A DNA stretch of 64,000 nucleotides from an uncultured Nitrospinota bacterium. Its GTDB lineage: Bacteria; Tectomicrobia; Entotheonellia; J063; CAVPRW01. The position numbers and the translations under genes are program-made. Numbering within the stretch: position 1 is the stretch's first letter; each line of letters begins with the position of its first letter. This document shows positions 1 through 10,332 of this stretch, in pieces. Under the pieces are notes generated by a model. That model did not search any database. It worked only from the letters and a program-made list of their open reading frames with translations, and was not told the DNA's origin. Location of the stretch: NCBI GenBank assembly GCA_963707985.1, contig CAVPRW010000045.1, positions 286,902-350,901 on the forward strand. The letters are read 5' to 3'.

Positions 1-1698
1 CGCATAATCGGGTTTCATCTCTCCGCGCATGATTCCGGCGTTTTCTCGGAACTGGCGCCGCACCTCATTGATCACATAATATGCTGCGCGCCCAACCGCT
101 CGAATTGCCAGGGCACTGAACAGAAACACCAGCATCGCCCCTAAGAGGCCACCGATGAACACCTGTATCTTGGCCAGGTTCACAACGGCGAAGACGTGCC
201 CTGTCAGGGTGCTCACTTCGTCCATATACGCGGAGAACAGCAAAAAGGCCGCCAGGGCTGCGCTGCCGATGGCGTACCCCTTGGTCAACGCCTTGGTGGT
301 GTTGCCGACGGCATCCAGCCGATCGGTTTTCTTGCGCACCTCCTCATCCGACTGGGACATTTCGATGATGCCACCAGCGTTGTCGGTGATGGGGCCAAAC
401 GTATCCATGGCCAGAATATAGCCACAGGTGGCCAACATGCCCATGGTCGCCAGCGCCGTGCCGTAGAGCCCACCAACGGGATGTCCTTGCACATCCGTTA
501 CCCCACTCCAAATGCCACAATAGTAGGAAAACACCAGCGCCACGGAGATCAGCAATGTGGGCAACGCAGTGCATTCGAGCCCCACGGCGAAGCCGGTGAT
601 AATCGTGGTGGCCGGACCAGTCTGCGAGGATTCGGCAATAGAGCGCACCGGACGGTAGCGATAGTCCGTATAGTATTGGGTGATGTACACAAAGAGCAGG
701 CTGGTGATGATGCCGGTCAGCCCTGCCAGGAAGAACCAAAACCAGTAGTTCCCCAACATCTGCCAGGTGGCCAACAAGAACCCAACGGTGGCTAAACCGG
801 TGGCAACATAGTAACCGCGGTTCAGCGATGCCATAGGATCTTCATCCTCCGCCCCGCGTACCGTCATGATGCCGATAATGCTGGCGATCAAACCCAGGGC
901 GCGCGCCACCAGCGGCAACATGATCCCCTGAATGCCAAATGTGGGAAATAACGCCACTCCGAGGATCATGGCACCAATGTTCTCAGCCGCGGTGGATTCA
1001 AACAGATCGGCGCCGCGCCCGGCGCAATCACCGACGTTGTCGCCCACCAGATCGGCGATCACCGCCGGATTGCGGGGATCGTCTTCAGGGATGCCAGCTT
1101 CGACTTTGCCCACCAAGTCCGCTCCAACGTCGGCGGCTTTGGTATAAATGCCACCCCCCAACTGAGCGAATAAGGCCACAAAGCTCGCACCAAAACCGTA
1201 GCCGACAATCAGAAAAGGAACGTTCTTTGGATCACTCATGCCACCATACAGGTAAAATAACCCTCCGACCCCGAGCAAGCTTAAAGCGACGACCGTCACA
1301 CCTGAGACGGCCCCGCCACGCAGGGCGATCACCAGGGCTTGACCGATGCTAGTGCGGGCAGCGTTGGCCGTGCGGACGTTGGCACGAATTGAGATGTACA
1401 TCCCGATATACCCCGAGAGCGCCGAGCAGACCGCCCCCAACACGAAGGCAAACGTCATCTTGAGGCTGGTGTCCCAGTCTTTCAAGAACCCATAGAGGAT
1501 AAACATCAACACCGCTAAACCTAGGGTCATCAGACCAATGGTCCGGTACTGCCGTTTCAAGAATGCCTCCGCACCTTCCCGAATAGCTGCCGCAATCTGT
1601 TGCATCTCGGCCGTTCCAGTGCCTTGCTGCAAAACATATTTGGCCAGATACCCTGCGAAGATGAGGGCAACGACGCTGACCACGAAACTGAACACCAT
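1..1698 (-). CDS. hppA: Membrane-bound proton-translocating pyrophosphatase, K+-independent type (3' end runs off the window)
   Basis: Absent from the ORF track because it has no stop in the window. Manual translation from ATG 1698 (RBS GAAAGGGGA) gives GGGIYTKAADVGADLVGKVEAGIPEDDPRNPAVIADLVGDNVGDCAG and LDAVGNTTKALTKGYAIGSAALA. Confidence 0.95.
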   Translation of the reverse strand, partial: MVFSFVVSVVALIFAGYLAKYVLQQGTGTAEMQQIAAAIREGAEAFLKRQYRTIGLMTLGLAVLMFILYGFLKDWDTSLKMTFAFVLGAVCSALSGYIGMYISIRANVRTANAARTSIGQALVIALRGGAVSGVTVVALSLLGVGGLFYLYGGMSDPKNVPFLIVGYGFGASFVALFAQLGGGIYTKAADVGADLVGKVEAGIPEDDPRNPAVIADLVGDNVGDCAGRGADLFESTAAENIGAMILGVALFPTFGIQGIMLPLVARALGLIASIIGIMTVRGAEDEDPMASLNRGYYVATGLATVGFLLATWQMLGNYWFWFFLAGLTGIITSLLFVYITQYYTDYRYRPVRSIAESSQTGPATTIITGFAVGLECTALPTLLISVALVFSYYCGIWSGVTDVQGHPVGGLYGTALATMGMLATCGYILAMDTFGPITDNAGGIIEMSQSDEEVRKKTDRLDAVGNTTKALTKGYAIGSAALAAFLLFSAYMDEVSTLTGHVFAVVNLAKIQVFIGGLLGAMLVFLFSALAIRAVGRAAYYVINEVRRQFRENAGIMRGEMKPDYA

Positions 1699-2034
1699 AC
1701 AATTTCCCCTTTCATGTTGGCTCAGGATACCGTGGCTCCCGGTGGGATGAGTCATGAGCTAGATCATGCTTGTCGTTCGGAATCTGCGAGCCACACAGGC
1801 CTGCGGGCGATCAGCTCATATCTCTCCTTTCGCACCAATCTGTCATGGCCCTGACTGCTCTCGTCATAACCAGCGCAAGCGAGGGTCGGAGAGGGCTAAA
1901 AGGGCTTATATAAATACAAAATGGTTGATACGGAGAGGGGAAGTACGCGGCGATTGTTAAGGCAAGAACGATGTCGGGTGCTCGAGCGTTGCCCACTCCA
2001 GGCCCTTTCTCCTGTCTACGGGGGAGCGTGCCGG

Positions 2035-3564
2035 CTAGACGGGCATCACACCATGGCGCTTGCGTGGATTGGTGACATGCTTGGATGCATAGACTGCGAA
2101 TCGATTAATGAGCTCTTCTCGCAACCGGGATGGCGGGATGATCGCATCGACGATCAGACGCGACGCGAGTTTGTAGAGATCAATATCGCGACGATACTCC
2201 TCCCGACGCTCACGGATGAAAAGCTCACGCTCCTCACCTTGTAACTCGCTAATCTTATTGTAGTATACGGCATTCACAGCTGCCTCTGGCCCCATCACGG
2301 CGATGTACGCTGTCGGCAAGGCGAGGGTCGCATCGGCCCCATAAGCTGGCCCACACATGGCATAGAGTCCTGCGCCGTAGACCTTACGCACGATGACAGA
2401 GATCTTCGGGACAGTGGCTTCAGCGACGGCGTAGATCATCTTCGCGCCATGGCGAATAATCCCCTGACGTTCCACCTTGCTGCCGATCATAAATCCCGGG
2501 ACATCAGCCAAAAAGAGCAGGGGAATATTGAAGGCATCGCATAGGGCAATGAACCGAGCACCCTTATCTGCTGAGTCGACAAACAACACACCTCCCTTGA
2601 CCTTGGGCTGGTTAGCAACAATGCCCACCACGCGTCCGCCCAGACGGGCCAGCCCGGTAATCAATTCCTTCGCGAACAAGGCTTTGACTTCCATGAAGGA
2701 ATTGGCATCCACGAGGTGATCGATGAGCTCCAACATATCGAATGGCACATTTTGGTTGGTCGGGATGATGTGGGCTAACCCCTCTGGCTTTTGAGCGGCG
2801 TCTCGCGTCGGGATGACCTCAGGCTGGGTATCACAGTGATCAGGGAAAAATTGCAAGTAGCGCCGCGCGGCGTCGATGGCTTCCTCATCGCTTTGCACGA
2901 GCATATCCCCGCATCCGGAGACTTCGCAATGCATGCGCGCACCACCCATATCCTCCAGGGTAGTTTTTTCCCCGATGACCATTTCAGCCATCCGTGGTGA
3001 GCCGAGATACATGCTGGCCTGGCCTTCAACCATGATCACCAGATCGCAAAAGGCTGGGATGTATGCGCCGCCAGCAGCTGAGGGCCCAAAGAGCAGGCAG
3101 ACCTGCGGCACCAGTCCTGAGAGCATTACCTCATTGTAGAAAATCCGGCCGGCGTGGCGGCGGCCTGGGAACATCTCGACTTGGTGCGTAATGCGGGCAC
3201 CAGCAGAATCGACTAAATAAAACATGGGGAGGCGCAGATTCGCGGCGGTTTCTTGAATGCGGAGGATCTTTTCAACCGTCTTCGGCCCCCATGAGCCCGC
3301 CTTCACGGTTGGATCATTCGCCATATAGCAGATGGTACGGCTATAAATCTTGCCGATGCCAGTGATCACGGCATCAGCAGGATTACCCTCGTCCTCAGCG
3401 TCGGCGAAAATCCCATCTTCCACGTTATAGCCTGGGTCGAGAAGACGTGCCAGGCGCTCACGGACCAGGAGCCGACCCTCAGCCTTGGCACGCTGTCGGT
3501 AGCGTTCGGCGCCGCCCTGTTTGATCTGCTCGATTTTCGCCTGAACCTCCTCGTCAGCATTCAT
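2035..3564 (-). CDS. Acyl-CoA carboxylase carboxyltransferase (beta) subunit
   Basis: Motifs DSAGARI, GPSAAGGAYIPA, DVPGFMIG, YGAGLYAM. Start moved to ATG 3564 (RBS GAGGGAG). Confidence 0.9.
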   Translation of the reverse strand: MNADEEVQAKIEQIKQGGAERYRQRAKAEGRLLVRERLARLLDPGYNVEDGIFADAEDEGNPADAVITGIGKIYSRTICYMANDPTVKAGSWGPKTVEKILRIQETAANLRLPMFYLVDSAGARITHQVEMFPGRRHAGRIFYNEVMLSGLVPQVCLLFGPSAAGGAYIPAFCDLVIMVEGQASMYLGSPRMAEMVIGEKTTLEDMGGARMHCEVSGCGDMLVQSDEEAIDAARRYLQFFPDHCDTQPEVIPTRDAAQKPEGLAHIIPTNQNVPFDMLELIDHLVDANSFMEVKALFAKELITGLARLGGRVVGIVANQPKVKGGVLFVDSADKGARFIALCDAFNIPLLFLADVPGFMIGSKVERQGIIRHGAKMIYAVAEATVPKISVIVRKVYGAGLYAMCGPAYGADATLALPTAYIAVMGPEAAVNAVYYNKISELQGEERELFIRERREEYRRDIDLYKLASRLIVDAIIPPSRLREELINRFAVYASKHVTNPRKRHGVMPV

Positions 3565-3589
3565 GGCTGGCTCCCTCGTGGCCTGAGCG

Positions 3590-3811
3590 TCACTCCAATT
3601 CGAGGAGGATGGTGTCCTCGTCGACAAACTCCCCTTCGCTCACCTTCACCGCTTTTACTCTGCCGCTCACCTCTACCTGGACGGCAACTTCCATCTTCAT
3701 GGATTCCAGGATCACGACGGCTTGGCCTGATGTCACCACGTCCCCAGCGTGCACTAGCACCCGAAAGACGGTTCCCGCCATCGGTGCCATAATTGCGTGC
3801 ATGCTTGCCAT
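3590..3811 (-). CDS. Biotin carboxyl carrier protein (stand-alone biotinyl domain)
   Basis: 73 aa with APMAG and the ESMKM biotinylation motif, directly upstream of the carboxyltransferase. Confidence 0.9.
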   Translation of the reverse strand: MASMHAIMAPMAGTVFRVLVHAGDVVTSGQAVVILESMKMEVAVQVEVSGRVKAVKVSEGEFVDEDTILLELE

Positions 3812-4048
3812 CCTCTCTTGCTCCAGCCCACCACACAGGTAGCACAAAGCCCACTATCATGGTGTCGTGCCCGAGGTGTGAACTCTTCTACGGGGTCTGT
3901 GTTCCCCCGAGTGCCGGTATAGCAAATTCGCGTTCCCCGTTGACAGGACTGCGGGCTTTGGGTAATAAGGAGTAGTCTGATCAAGCAGGCAAGGTTCGAA
4001 AGGTACATAGGAAGCGCCATTGTCAGCCTATAAGTGTTAAGTGCCTCA

Positions 4049-4077
4049 ATTATAGTGGCCCGCTTCTTACAATTCAA
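4049..4077 (-). promoter_or_regulatory. Sigma-70-type promoter candidate for the BCCP/carboxyltransferase genes
   Basis: Minus strand reads TTGAAT-17 nt-TATAAT. Confidence 0.55.
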
Positions 4078-4135
4078 GAGTGTGGTGACTCGACGCGGTG
4101 CCGGCAGAGCTACCTAGCGGGGGGTCATAATCGGA

Positions 4136-4819
4136 ATGCCTTCAACAACTGTGGTGCTGGGCCTGGCACTCATTGGCAGCGCCTGGCTGAGCTTGGTGTT
4201 CACTGGCTGTGGCGGTCCGCAGCTGCAACAGAAAGATTCCCCTAACGCGGGGACGCCCTCACACCTACCGACGAGCATCGGTGAGAGGCAGCTTGACCCC
4301 TTGCTTGCCAAGGTGTCTCAACTACAACTGGCGTCACAGGAAGCGTTGGATGCCGCCAAATCAGTCGGGACTCCTCATCAAGAGTTGGCAGCGGCGTGGC
4401 AAGACTATACGGTGGCTGAACAGTTGCTGCATGATGGCCAAGCGGCCTACGGAGCGAAGCAGTATGAGCTCGTTTGGGACAAATTGCGAGCCGCCGATGC
4501 AGCCTTTCGCCGCGCTGAAGAGGCGGCCGTACGCGCTGGTCTTGGACAGCTTGAGCACGAGTTGGTAACGGATTACGGGCGCCTCCTGAACCCAGACACT
4601 CGCAGTGGGCGTCGAATCGGTGGTCTGGCTCGTCTTAGTCAAGGAAGCGTTAACCTACGGGATGGAGCGGGAACGCAGTTCCAGATAATCGGCAAGGCAC
4701 AACCTGGAGACACGCTGACGATTCTTGCGGAGTTGGGCGAGTGGTATCGGGTCCGAACGGGAACAGGATTGGTTGGCTGGGTGTCGAAGGTGTTGGTGAC
4801 ACAAGTCCAGAGCCCTTAA
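4136..4819 (+). CDS. Putative lipoprotein with C-terminal bacterial SH3 domain
   Basis: Signal peptide ending in FTGC, helical middle region, C-terminal VNLRDGAGT...GEWYRV...GWV SH3b pattern. Confidence 0.8.
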   Translation: MPSTTVVLGLALIGSAWLSLVFTGCGGPQLQQKDSPNAGTPSHLPTSIGERQLDPLLAKVSQLQLASQEALDAAKSVGTPHQELAAAWQDYTVAEQLLHDGQAAYGAKQYELVWDKLRAADAAFRRAEEAAVRAGLGQLEHELVTDYGRLLNPDTRSGRRIGGLARLSQGSVNLRDGAGTQFQIIGKAQPGDTLTILAELGEWYRVRTGTGLVGWVSKVLVTQVQSP

Positions 4820-5154
4820 GGTTGGAGCTGTCGATTTAAGGCCATACCCCTGTAACTCACTTGACAGAAATATCACATAGGCATATATATACTCTGTTAA
4901 ACGTGTGAAGAAAAAAACGGCCCTTGAAGACAAGTTGTTGCCACCGAACGGATGTCATCATTCGACACTGCCGCAGTGAACACATGCCTTTTGGTCTAAT
5001 GTATTTTTTCCCGCCGGCGAGTGGCTAACCCGCACGCGCTCATATCCTAAGTTTGGTCAAGACGGCTAAGAGTGGCATGCCAAGGCAGGCAAGGGTCGTT
5101 AAGATAGGTCTCTCCCGCGATACATGATGGTCGTTGGAAGTCATGTGACAAAAC

Positions 5155-6534
5155 ATGACAATTGCGAGGGAAGTGAGAACATCCATGAGACAAAGTAAAA
5201 CCAAAGTGACACGGCGGAAACGCCTCGCACCTCGACTGAACGTGAAGGCTGTGGCTCCTCCACCCGAGGATCCACAGGAGCTGCCCCTCGATCTGTTCCT
5301 GGAAGACGATGACCTCGGAGCCCCTTTAGACGAAGCAGTCGAGACAGACACCCACTGGGATAACCTGGACGTCCCAGGGGAGGAAATCGATGATCTCATG
5401 CCCGATACTCCAGCCCTCCAGGAGCTTCGGGACGGTGACGGTGACCTGGAGGATGAGAACACCGCCAGTGGGGTGGATAATCCTGTGCTTTTGTATCTTC
5501 AGGAAGCTGGTACGGTCCCCCTCTTGAAACCAGAAGATGAAGTGCGCATCGCGAAGCAGATTGTAGCATTGAAAGCTCGCCTACGAGAGGTTGTCCAGGA
5601 ATATGGTCCGCAGCTGCCCGAAACCCTGTCGGCTGAGACAACCACCCCCACTGAGGCCGAAGATTGGGTGACCGAGGTGGTCCACGAGGTTCGAAGCTGG
5701 GTCAGCCGAATTGGGCACGGGGAAGAAGCTGGCGTCCAGAGTGACGTCCAGTTACCCCCCAAGAAAATTTTGCAGTTATGGACTGCAATGCAGTACGTCC
5801 TGGCTGAGCTAGATGAGACCAAGGGCGCAATGGTCAATGCCAACCTGCGATTAGTTGTGGCGATTGCGAAAAAATATATCAACCGTGGTCTTCCACTGCT
5901 TGACCTTATCCAGGAAGGCAATATCGGCCTGATGCGTGCGGTCGAAAAATTCGATCACCGACTGGGGTTCCGCTTCAGCACCTATGCCAGTTGGTGGATT
6001 CGACAGGCGATCGCCAGGGCGATCGCCGAGCAGGCACGAACCGTACGGATGCCTGTGCACGTGAGTGAGAGCATGGGGCGTCTGAAACGGATGGCGAACA
6101 ATCTCCGCAAGGATCTAGAGCGTGAACCAACGGCCCAGGAGCTGGCCGATGCGTTGCAGCTCTCGATCGATAAGATTCGCACCATGCAGGCGAGTGCAAA
6201 GCCGATGCTGTCGCTGGAAACCCCTATCGCTGACGGGCAAAGTCGCTTGGGCGATTTCATCCCCGATCGCACGTTCATCAGCCCCGTAGCTGCGGCCATC
6301 GAGGAGGAATTGAACGAATACCTGAATAGCTGCCTACAAGCCCTCACGCCGAGAGAAGAGTTCATTCTGCGCGCACGGTTTGGTCTTGGGAACATGGAGG
6401 TCCGCACCCTTGAGGAAATCGGTAAGGAGCTGAAGCTCAGCCGCGAGCGAGTGCGGCAGATCGAAGCTCGGGCTCTGGAGAAGCTCCGACATCCCTCGAG
6501 GAATCGACGTTTGCGTGGCTTCCTCGAAAACTGA
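5155..6534 (+). CDS. RNA polymerase sigma-70 factor, RpoD/SigA family
   Basis: Region 2 ANLRLVVAIAKKY...DLIQEGNIGLMRAVEKFD...FSTYASWWIRQAI and region 4 TLEEIG...SRERVRQIE. Acidic N-terminus. Start may be ATG 5185. Confidence 0.93.
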   Translation: MTIAREVRTSMRQSKTKVTRRKRLAPRLNVKAVAPPPEDPQELPLDLFLEDDDLGAPLDEAVETDTHWDNLDVPGEEIDDLMPDTPALQELRDGDGDLEDENTASGVDNPVLLYLQEAGTVPLLKPEDEVRIAKQIVALKARLREVVQEYGPQLPETLSAETTTPTEAEDWVTEVVHEVRSWVSRIGHGEEAGVQSDVQLPPKKILQLWTAMQYVLAELDETKGAMVNANLRLVVAIAKKYINRGLPLLDLIQEGNIGLMRAVEKFDHRLGFRFSTYASWWIRQAIARAIAEQARTVRMPVHVSESMGRLKRMANNLRKDLEREPTAQELADALQLSIDKIRTMQASAKPMLSLETPIADGQSRLGDFIPDRTFISPVAAAIEEELNEYLNSCLQALTPREEFILRARFGLGNMEVRTLEEIGKELKLSRERVRQIEARALEKLRHPSRNRRLRGFLEN

Positions 6535-6575
6535 GGCGGAGCGACATAGGCACCCACGTCAGGCTGCACACCTTA

Positions 6576-6620
6576 CACGGTCCCTTCTGCCCTCCTACAA
6601 GGTGGGACCGTGGTTTCTTC
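6576..6620 (+). terminator. Possible intrinsic terminator after the sigma factor gene
   Basis: CACGGTCCC (6576-6584) pairs with GGGACCGTG (6604-6612) and is followed by GTTTCTTC. Confidence 0.4.
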
Positions 6621-6827
6621 TCGATTGCCATGACACTGTTGATCGATAGTGGTCCACTGAGTTGTGATTGGCTGGTAGCCCTCACCACGACCACCTAGCC
6701 TGCTACTAGGTGACAAGCCCTTATGTCAGGGAGAGTCCACCAGCCCCATGGCCGGCAAATCGACTTGCCATCGGCACTTGCCGGTCATGGGCTCACAGCT
6801 CTGGAGGCTTGGGGAGCACCGGAGGGA

Positions 6828-7154
6828 TTAGGCTTCCTGAAGGGCCACAGCCTGTTGGCCCGGCACGATCGAGTGAATTGTCAAGGTTGGAGCGATGCCA
6901 ACCCCCTCATCGTAATCGTACATGGCGATCGTTTCCCAAGGACAATATTGCACACAAAGAGTGCAGCCGATACACCGATCCAAATCCACCTCGACGACTT
7001 TCAGTAGGTCAGGATGCTCTGGACCCGGTACGACTTCGATACAATCTGGAGGGCACACGATAATACATGCTTCGCACCCCGTACAGCCTTGTTGATCGAT
7101 CACCGCGAGTTGTCGTGGCTTGCGCTTGCGAACCGGCTTATTCGGCATCCCCAT
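6828..7154 (-). CDS. 2x[4Fe-4S] ferredoxin
   Basis: Two CxxCxxCxxxCP motifs: CTGCEACIIVCP and CIGCTLCVQYCP. Confidence 0.9.
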   Translation of the reverse strand: MGMPNKPVRKRKPRQLAVIDQQGCTGCEACIIVCPPDCIEVVPGPEHPDLLKVVEVDLDRCIGCTLCVQYCPWETIAMYDYDEGVGIAPTLTIHSIVPGQQAVALQEA

Positions 7155-7198
7155 CGTCTAGGGCTCCCCTCTCAAATACAACCTGTAGCTGCATGGAT

Positions 7199-8314
7199 TC
7201 AGCCGCTCCGCTCAGCACCGATTTTGGAAAAGATCTTATGCCGAACTTGCTGATCGTAAACCTGCCACTTTAGCTTTGCAAACTCATCCTCGCTCGATCC
7301 GGAGAGAAACCCAATAGGAATCTCAAACCCACCTGCATGCTGGCGCCCGCCACCGAAGAAGATCCCACGCTCGTCTTTACCGAACGTCTCTTTGAGAAAC
7401 TCATCTGGGTCAACGGTTAACTTCAGTGTCCGCATCGAGCCATTCAGCACCTCGCGTGAGCCATCGATGATAATGCCAAAGACAATGGCCGTATGGACGT
7501 TCTCCTCAGTCAAGAGGAAGTCGGCTCCTTGGGGAATGGCATCGCGGTCTTCAGCACGCAGATAGCCGATTCCTGAGACACTGACATTGCTACGCACTGT
7601 ACGATTTTCGAGCGCTTTCTTAATCACCTCCATCACGCGCGACGAGCGTTGCTGGCGCAAGATCTCGGACAGCAATGCCGGATCGTAAAAAAAGCTCAAG
7701 AATGCTGCAGCTAGGAACTCGTCCTCTTTGGCGCGAATCAACTCATTAGTTTCACTGCGGATGCCGTGCATCAGTGCCGTAGCGCACTTGATGTGATCCG
7801 GATGAGACCGATCCAGCGCCAGCAAACCCTCCTGGATGTACTCGGTGTATATAGTGGCAGTCGCGCCAATGCGCCGAATGTCGGTGAATTCCGCGTGCAG
7901 ACGTTCCTGCCGCTCGTGATGGTCGATGATCATCAACGGGGGCACGTGCGCCTTGGACAACGGCTCCAAGAGTCCTGTAGTCGTACCTTGATTGTCGATA
8001 AACACTGACCCCGTATATGGAGAGAAGTCAAATCCTTCGTTGTAGCGAATCAGATCAAGGTCAAGAAGACGTACCAAAGCAATGTTCTGTGGATGACTAA
8101 TACGTCTCTCATAAACGATATCCACCGCGATATCAAACTGAGCCGAGATCAGCTGATGAGCGAACGCTGATGAAATCGCATCGGGATCGGGGAAATCTTG
8201 CAGGACCACAATGTGACGTTGCCCTCGGTGGTCAGATAGAAACTGCTCAAGTTCTTTGGCTTTCATACGTGAGCGGGAGCGCTCTCCCACTTCGATGGTT
8301 GTGACATCGTCCAT
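7199..8314 (-). CDS. DHH/DHHA1 family phosphoesterase (NrnA-like)
   Basis: PDPDA, IDHH, GGG-x-HAGG motifs. ATG 8314 with RBS GGAGGAG. Confidence 0.88.
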   Translation of the reverse strand: MDDVTTIEVGERSRSRMKAKELEQFLSDHRGQRHIVVLQDFPDPDAISSAFAHQLISAQFDIAVDIVYERRISHPQNIALVRLLDLDLIRYNEGFDFSPYTGSVFIDNQGTTTGLLEPLSKAHVPPLMIIDHHERQERLHAEFTDIRRIGATATIYTEYIQEGLLALDRSHPDHIKCATALMHGIRSETNELIRAKEDEFLAAAFLSFFYDPALLSEILRQQRSSRVMEVIKKALENRTVRSNVSVSGIGYLRAEDRDAIPQGADFLLTEENVHTAIVFGIIIDGSREVLNGSMRTLKLTVDPDEFLKETFGKDERGIFFGGGRQHAGGFEIPIGFLSGSSEDEFAKLKWQVYDQQVRHKIFSKIGAERSG

Positions 8315-8361
8315 GATACTCCTCCGCCCCGTCGTTGGGGTCGGCGGTTGATGTGGCGTCT

Positions 8362-9570
8362 TTACCGGTCGATATCGCACAGTACGATATCGACCGAGCC
8401 GACGATCGCCACGATGTCGGCAATCATTGTCCGACTATCCAGCATCGCTTCGACGGCACTGATGTTTGAAAATGACGGTGCCCGACACTTCAGACGAAAC
8501 GGTTTATCCGTGCCATCACTGATGAGATAAAAACCCATCTCGCCGCGGGGAGTTTCCGTCCGGACATAGACCTCACCTTTGGGTACTCGTACCCGCTTCG
8601 GAATTGCCTCCTGGACATCACCGGCGGGTAGCTCTGCAAGCGCTTTGCGCAGAATCTTGACCGACTGTTCGATCTCCCACACTCGGACCATGTAGCGGTT
8701 CCAGCAGGAGCCCAGTGGACCATGGTGTTCCACCCCGACAGGAATGTCAAAATCGAAGCGATCATAGATAGAATAGGGAGCGTTGCGGCGCAGGTCCCAT
8801 TTTACGCCGGATGCCCGTAAAGTCGGACCGGTCACCCCGTAACTGATGGCATTTTCCGCAGTTAAGACACCGACCGCGGCCGTTCGTTCGAGAAAAATCT
8901 TATTATAGGATAGCAGATTATTCAGGTCGTCCACCTTGTGCTCAAAGTAATCCAGAAATCCTCTAGCCTTTTCCACCCAGCCTTCGGGCAAATCGCGCGC
9001 CACGCCACCGATCCAAATATAATTGTAGAGCATACGCGCCCCACTCACCCATTCGAGCAGGTCGAGGATCATTTCGCGATCGCGGAAACACCAGAGAAAA
9101 GGCGTGAATGCACCAATGTCCAAGCCGAATGTGCCGATACTCACCAGATGGCTGGCGATGCGATTGAACTCACACATGATCACCCGGATATACTCAACCC
9201 GCTCAGGGACTTGGAGCCCCATAAGCTTCTCGACCGTCAGAGCATAGGTCAGATTCTGACTCATAGAAGCCAGATAGTCCACGCGATCAGTATAGGGGAT
9301 AATCCCAGGGTAATCCACCGCCTCCGCATGCTTCTCGAAACAGCGATGCATATAACCAAGATGCGGAGTCACTTTCTTGACGATTTCACCATCCGTTACC
9401 AGGGCGAGTCGAAGAACGCCGTGAGTGCTGGGATGTTGAGGCCCCATGCTGAGGATCATCTCCCCGCCTTCCCACTCGATATCCTGGGACACACGATATC
9501 CTGGTGGCGGCGCTGCAGGTACCTCTTCGTCGACTTCCGTGTCTCCCCAGTTCAACCAGGATCGCAGCAT
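8362..9570 (-). CDS. nuoD: NADH-quinone oxidoreductase subunit D
   Basis: MGPQHPSTHGVLRL, GYMHRCFEK, DRVDY, C-terminal DIVLCDIDR. No NiFe-binding CxxC pairs. Confidence 0.95.
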   Translation of the reverse strand: MLRSWLNWGDTEVDEEVPAAPPPGYRVSQDIEWEGGEMILSMGPQHPSTHGVLRLALVTDGEIVKKVTPHLGYMHRCFEKHAEAVDYPGIIPYTDRVDYLASMSQNLTYALTVEKLMGLQVPERVEYIRVIMCEFNRIASHLVSIGTFGLDIGAFTPFLWCFRDREMILDLLEWVSGARMLYNYIWIGGVARDLPEGWVEKARGFLDYFEHKVDDLNNLLSYNKIFLERTAAVGVLTAENAISYGVTGPTLRASGVKWDLRRNAPYSIYDRFDFDIPVGVEHHGPLGSCWNRYMVRVWEIEQSVKILRKALAELPAGDVQEAIPKRVRVPKGEVYVRTETPRGEMGFYLISDGTDKPFRLKCRAPSFSNISAVEAMLDSRTMIADIVAIVGSVDIVLCDIDR

Positions 9571-9690
9571 AGCACCCCCTTAAGGTCCATAAGAGATTTG
9601 CATCAATCGCGACCGGGAGCTGATGTACTGGCCCTGCTCGTTCTCAAGACCGCTGGCCGCTAGCGCCCAACCGATCGAGCACGGCTCGGC

Positions 9691-10332
9691 TCACTCAGCC
9701 GGCCTGGTCACAGGCTCCCTCACCGTTGGCGCCGCCTTCGCTGCCGATGCTTTGGCTCCGGCTTCTTTCGGTGCGGCTTTGGCGGCGGCGGCCCTGGCGG
9801 CTGCCGCGACTCTGCGTTTCTCCGCCTCTTCTGCTTCACGCTTCTCCGCTTCAGCCCGGATGCGCTCCGCCTCAACGGCAGAATAAGTCGAATAGTGGTA
9901 GAGCAAGTTGGCGCGACTATAGACGGAGTTTTCATACTTGGGGGTCATCTGCAAACATTCGGTCGGACACGGAATGGTGCAGAGATTGCAATAGCAACAT
10001 TTAGCCATGTCGATGTCGAAACGCAGGACATGCAAGCGTTTTGGGTTCCCGGTGCTGGCTTTCCCCAAGTCTTCTCCCGGCCCGGTTTTGACGGTCTCGA
10101 TATAGATGCAGTCAACTGGACACACCTTGGCACAAAAACCGCAGCCGATACAGTCATCGAAGTTGTTGAACAACTGTGCGCGGGCACCGGGCGGTAGCTC
10201 CCATTTTTCATCGGGGTACTGCAAGGTGACCGAAGGAGTAAAAAGATGCCAGAAGGTCAAGCGCATCCCGACCAGCACCGTCCAGATCCCCTCGAACACA
10301 TTGGTAAAGTACTCCTTCAGGGCATAGGTCAC
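9691..10332 (-). CDS. nuoI: NADH-quinone oxidoreductase subunit I
   Basis: TLQYPDEK, CIGCGFCAKVCP, FDIDMAKCCYCNLCTIPCP, Ala/Lys-rich tail. GTG start overlaps the nuoC stop. Confidence 0.92.
   Translation of the reverse strand: MTYALKEYFTNVFEGIWTVLVGMRLTFWHLFTPSVTLQYPDEKWELPPGARAQLFNNFDDCIGCGFCAKVCPVDCIYIETVKTGPGEDLGKASTGNPKRLHVLRFDIDMAKCCYCNLCTIPCPTECLQMTPKYENSVYSRANLLYHYSTYSAVEAERIRAEAEKREAEEAEKRRVAAAARAAAAKAAPKEAGAKASAAKAAPTVREPVTRPAE

Noticed and set aside
155..1750. Several ORFs listed over 155-1750
   Set aside because: They are antisense or out-of-frame shadows of hppA, which occupies 1-1698 on the minus strand.
4861..4893. TTGACA upstream of the sigma factor gene
   Set aside because: At 17-nt spacing the -10 reads TATATA, lacking the conserved final T, and TATACT is 21 nt away. 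Too ambiguous to call.
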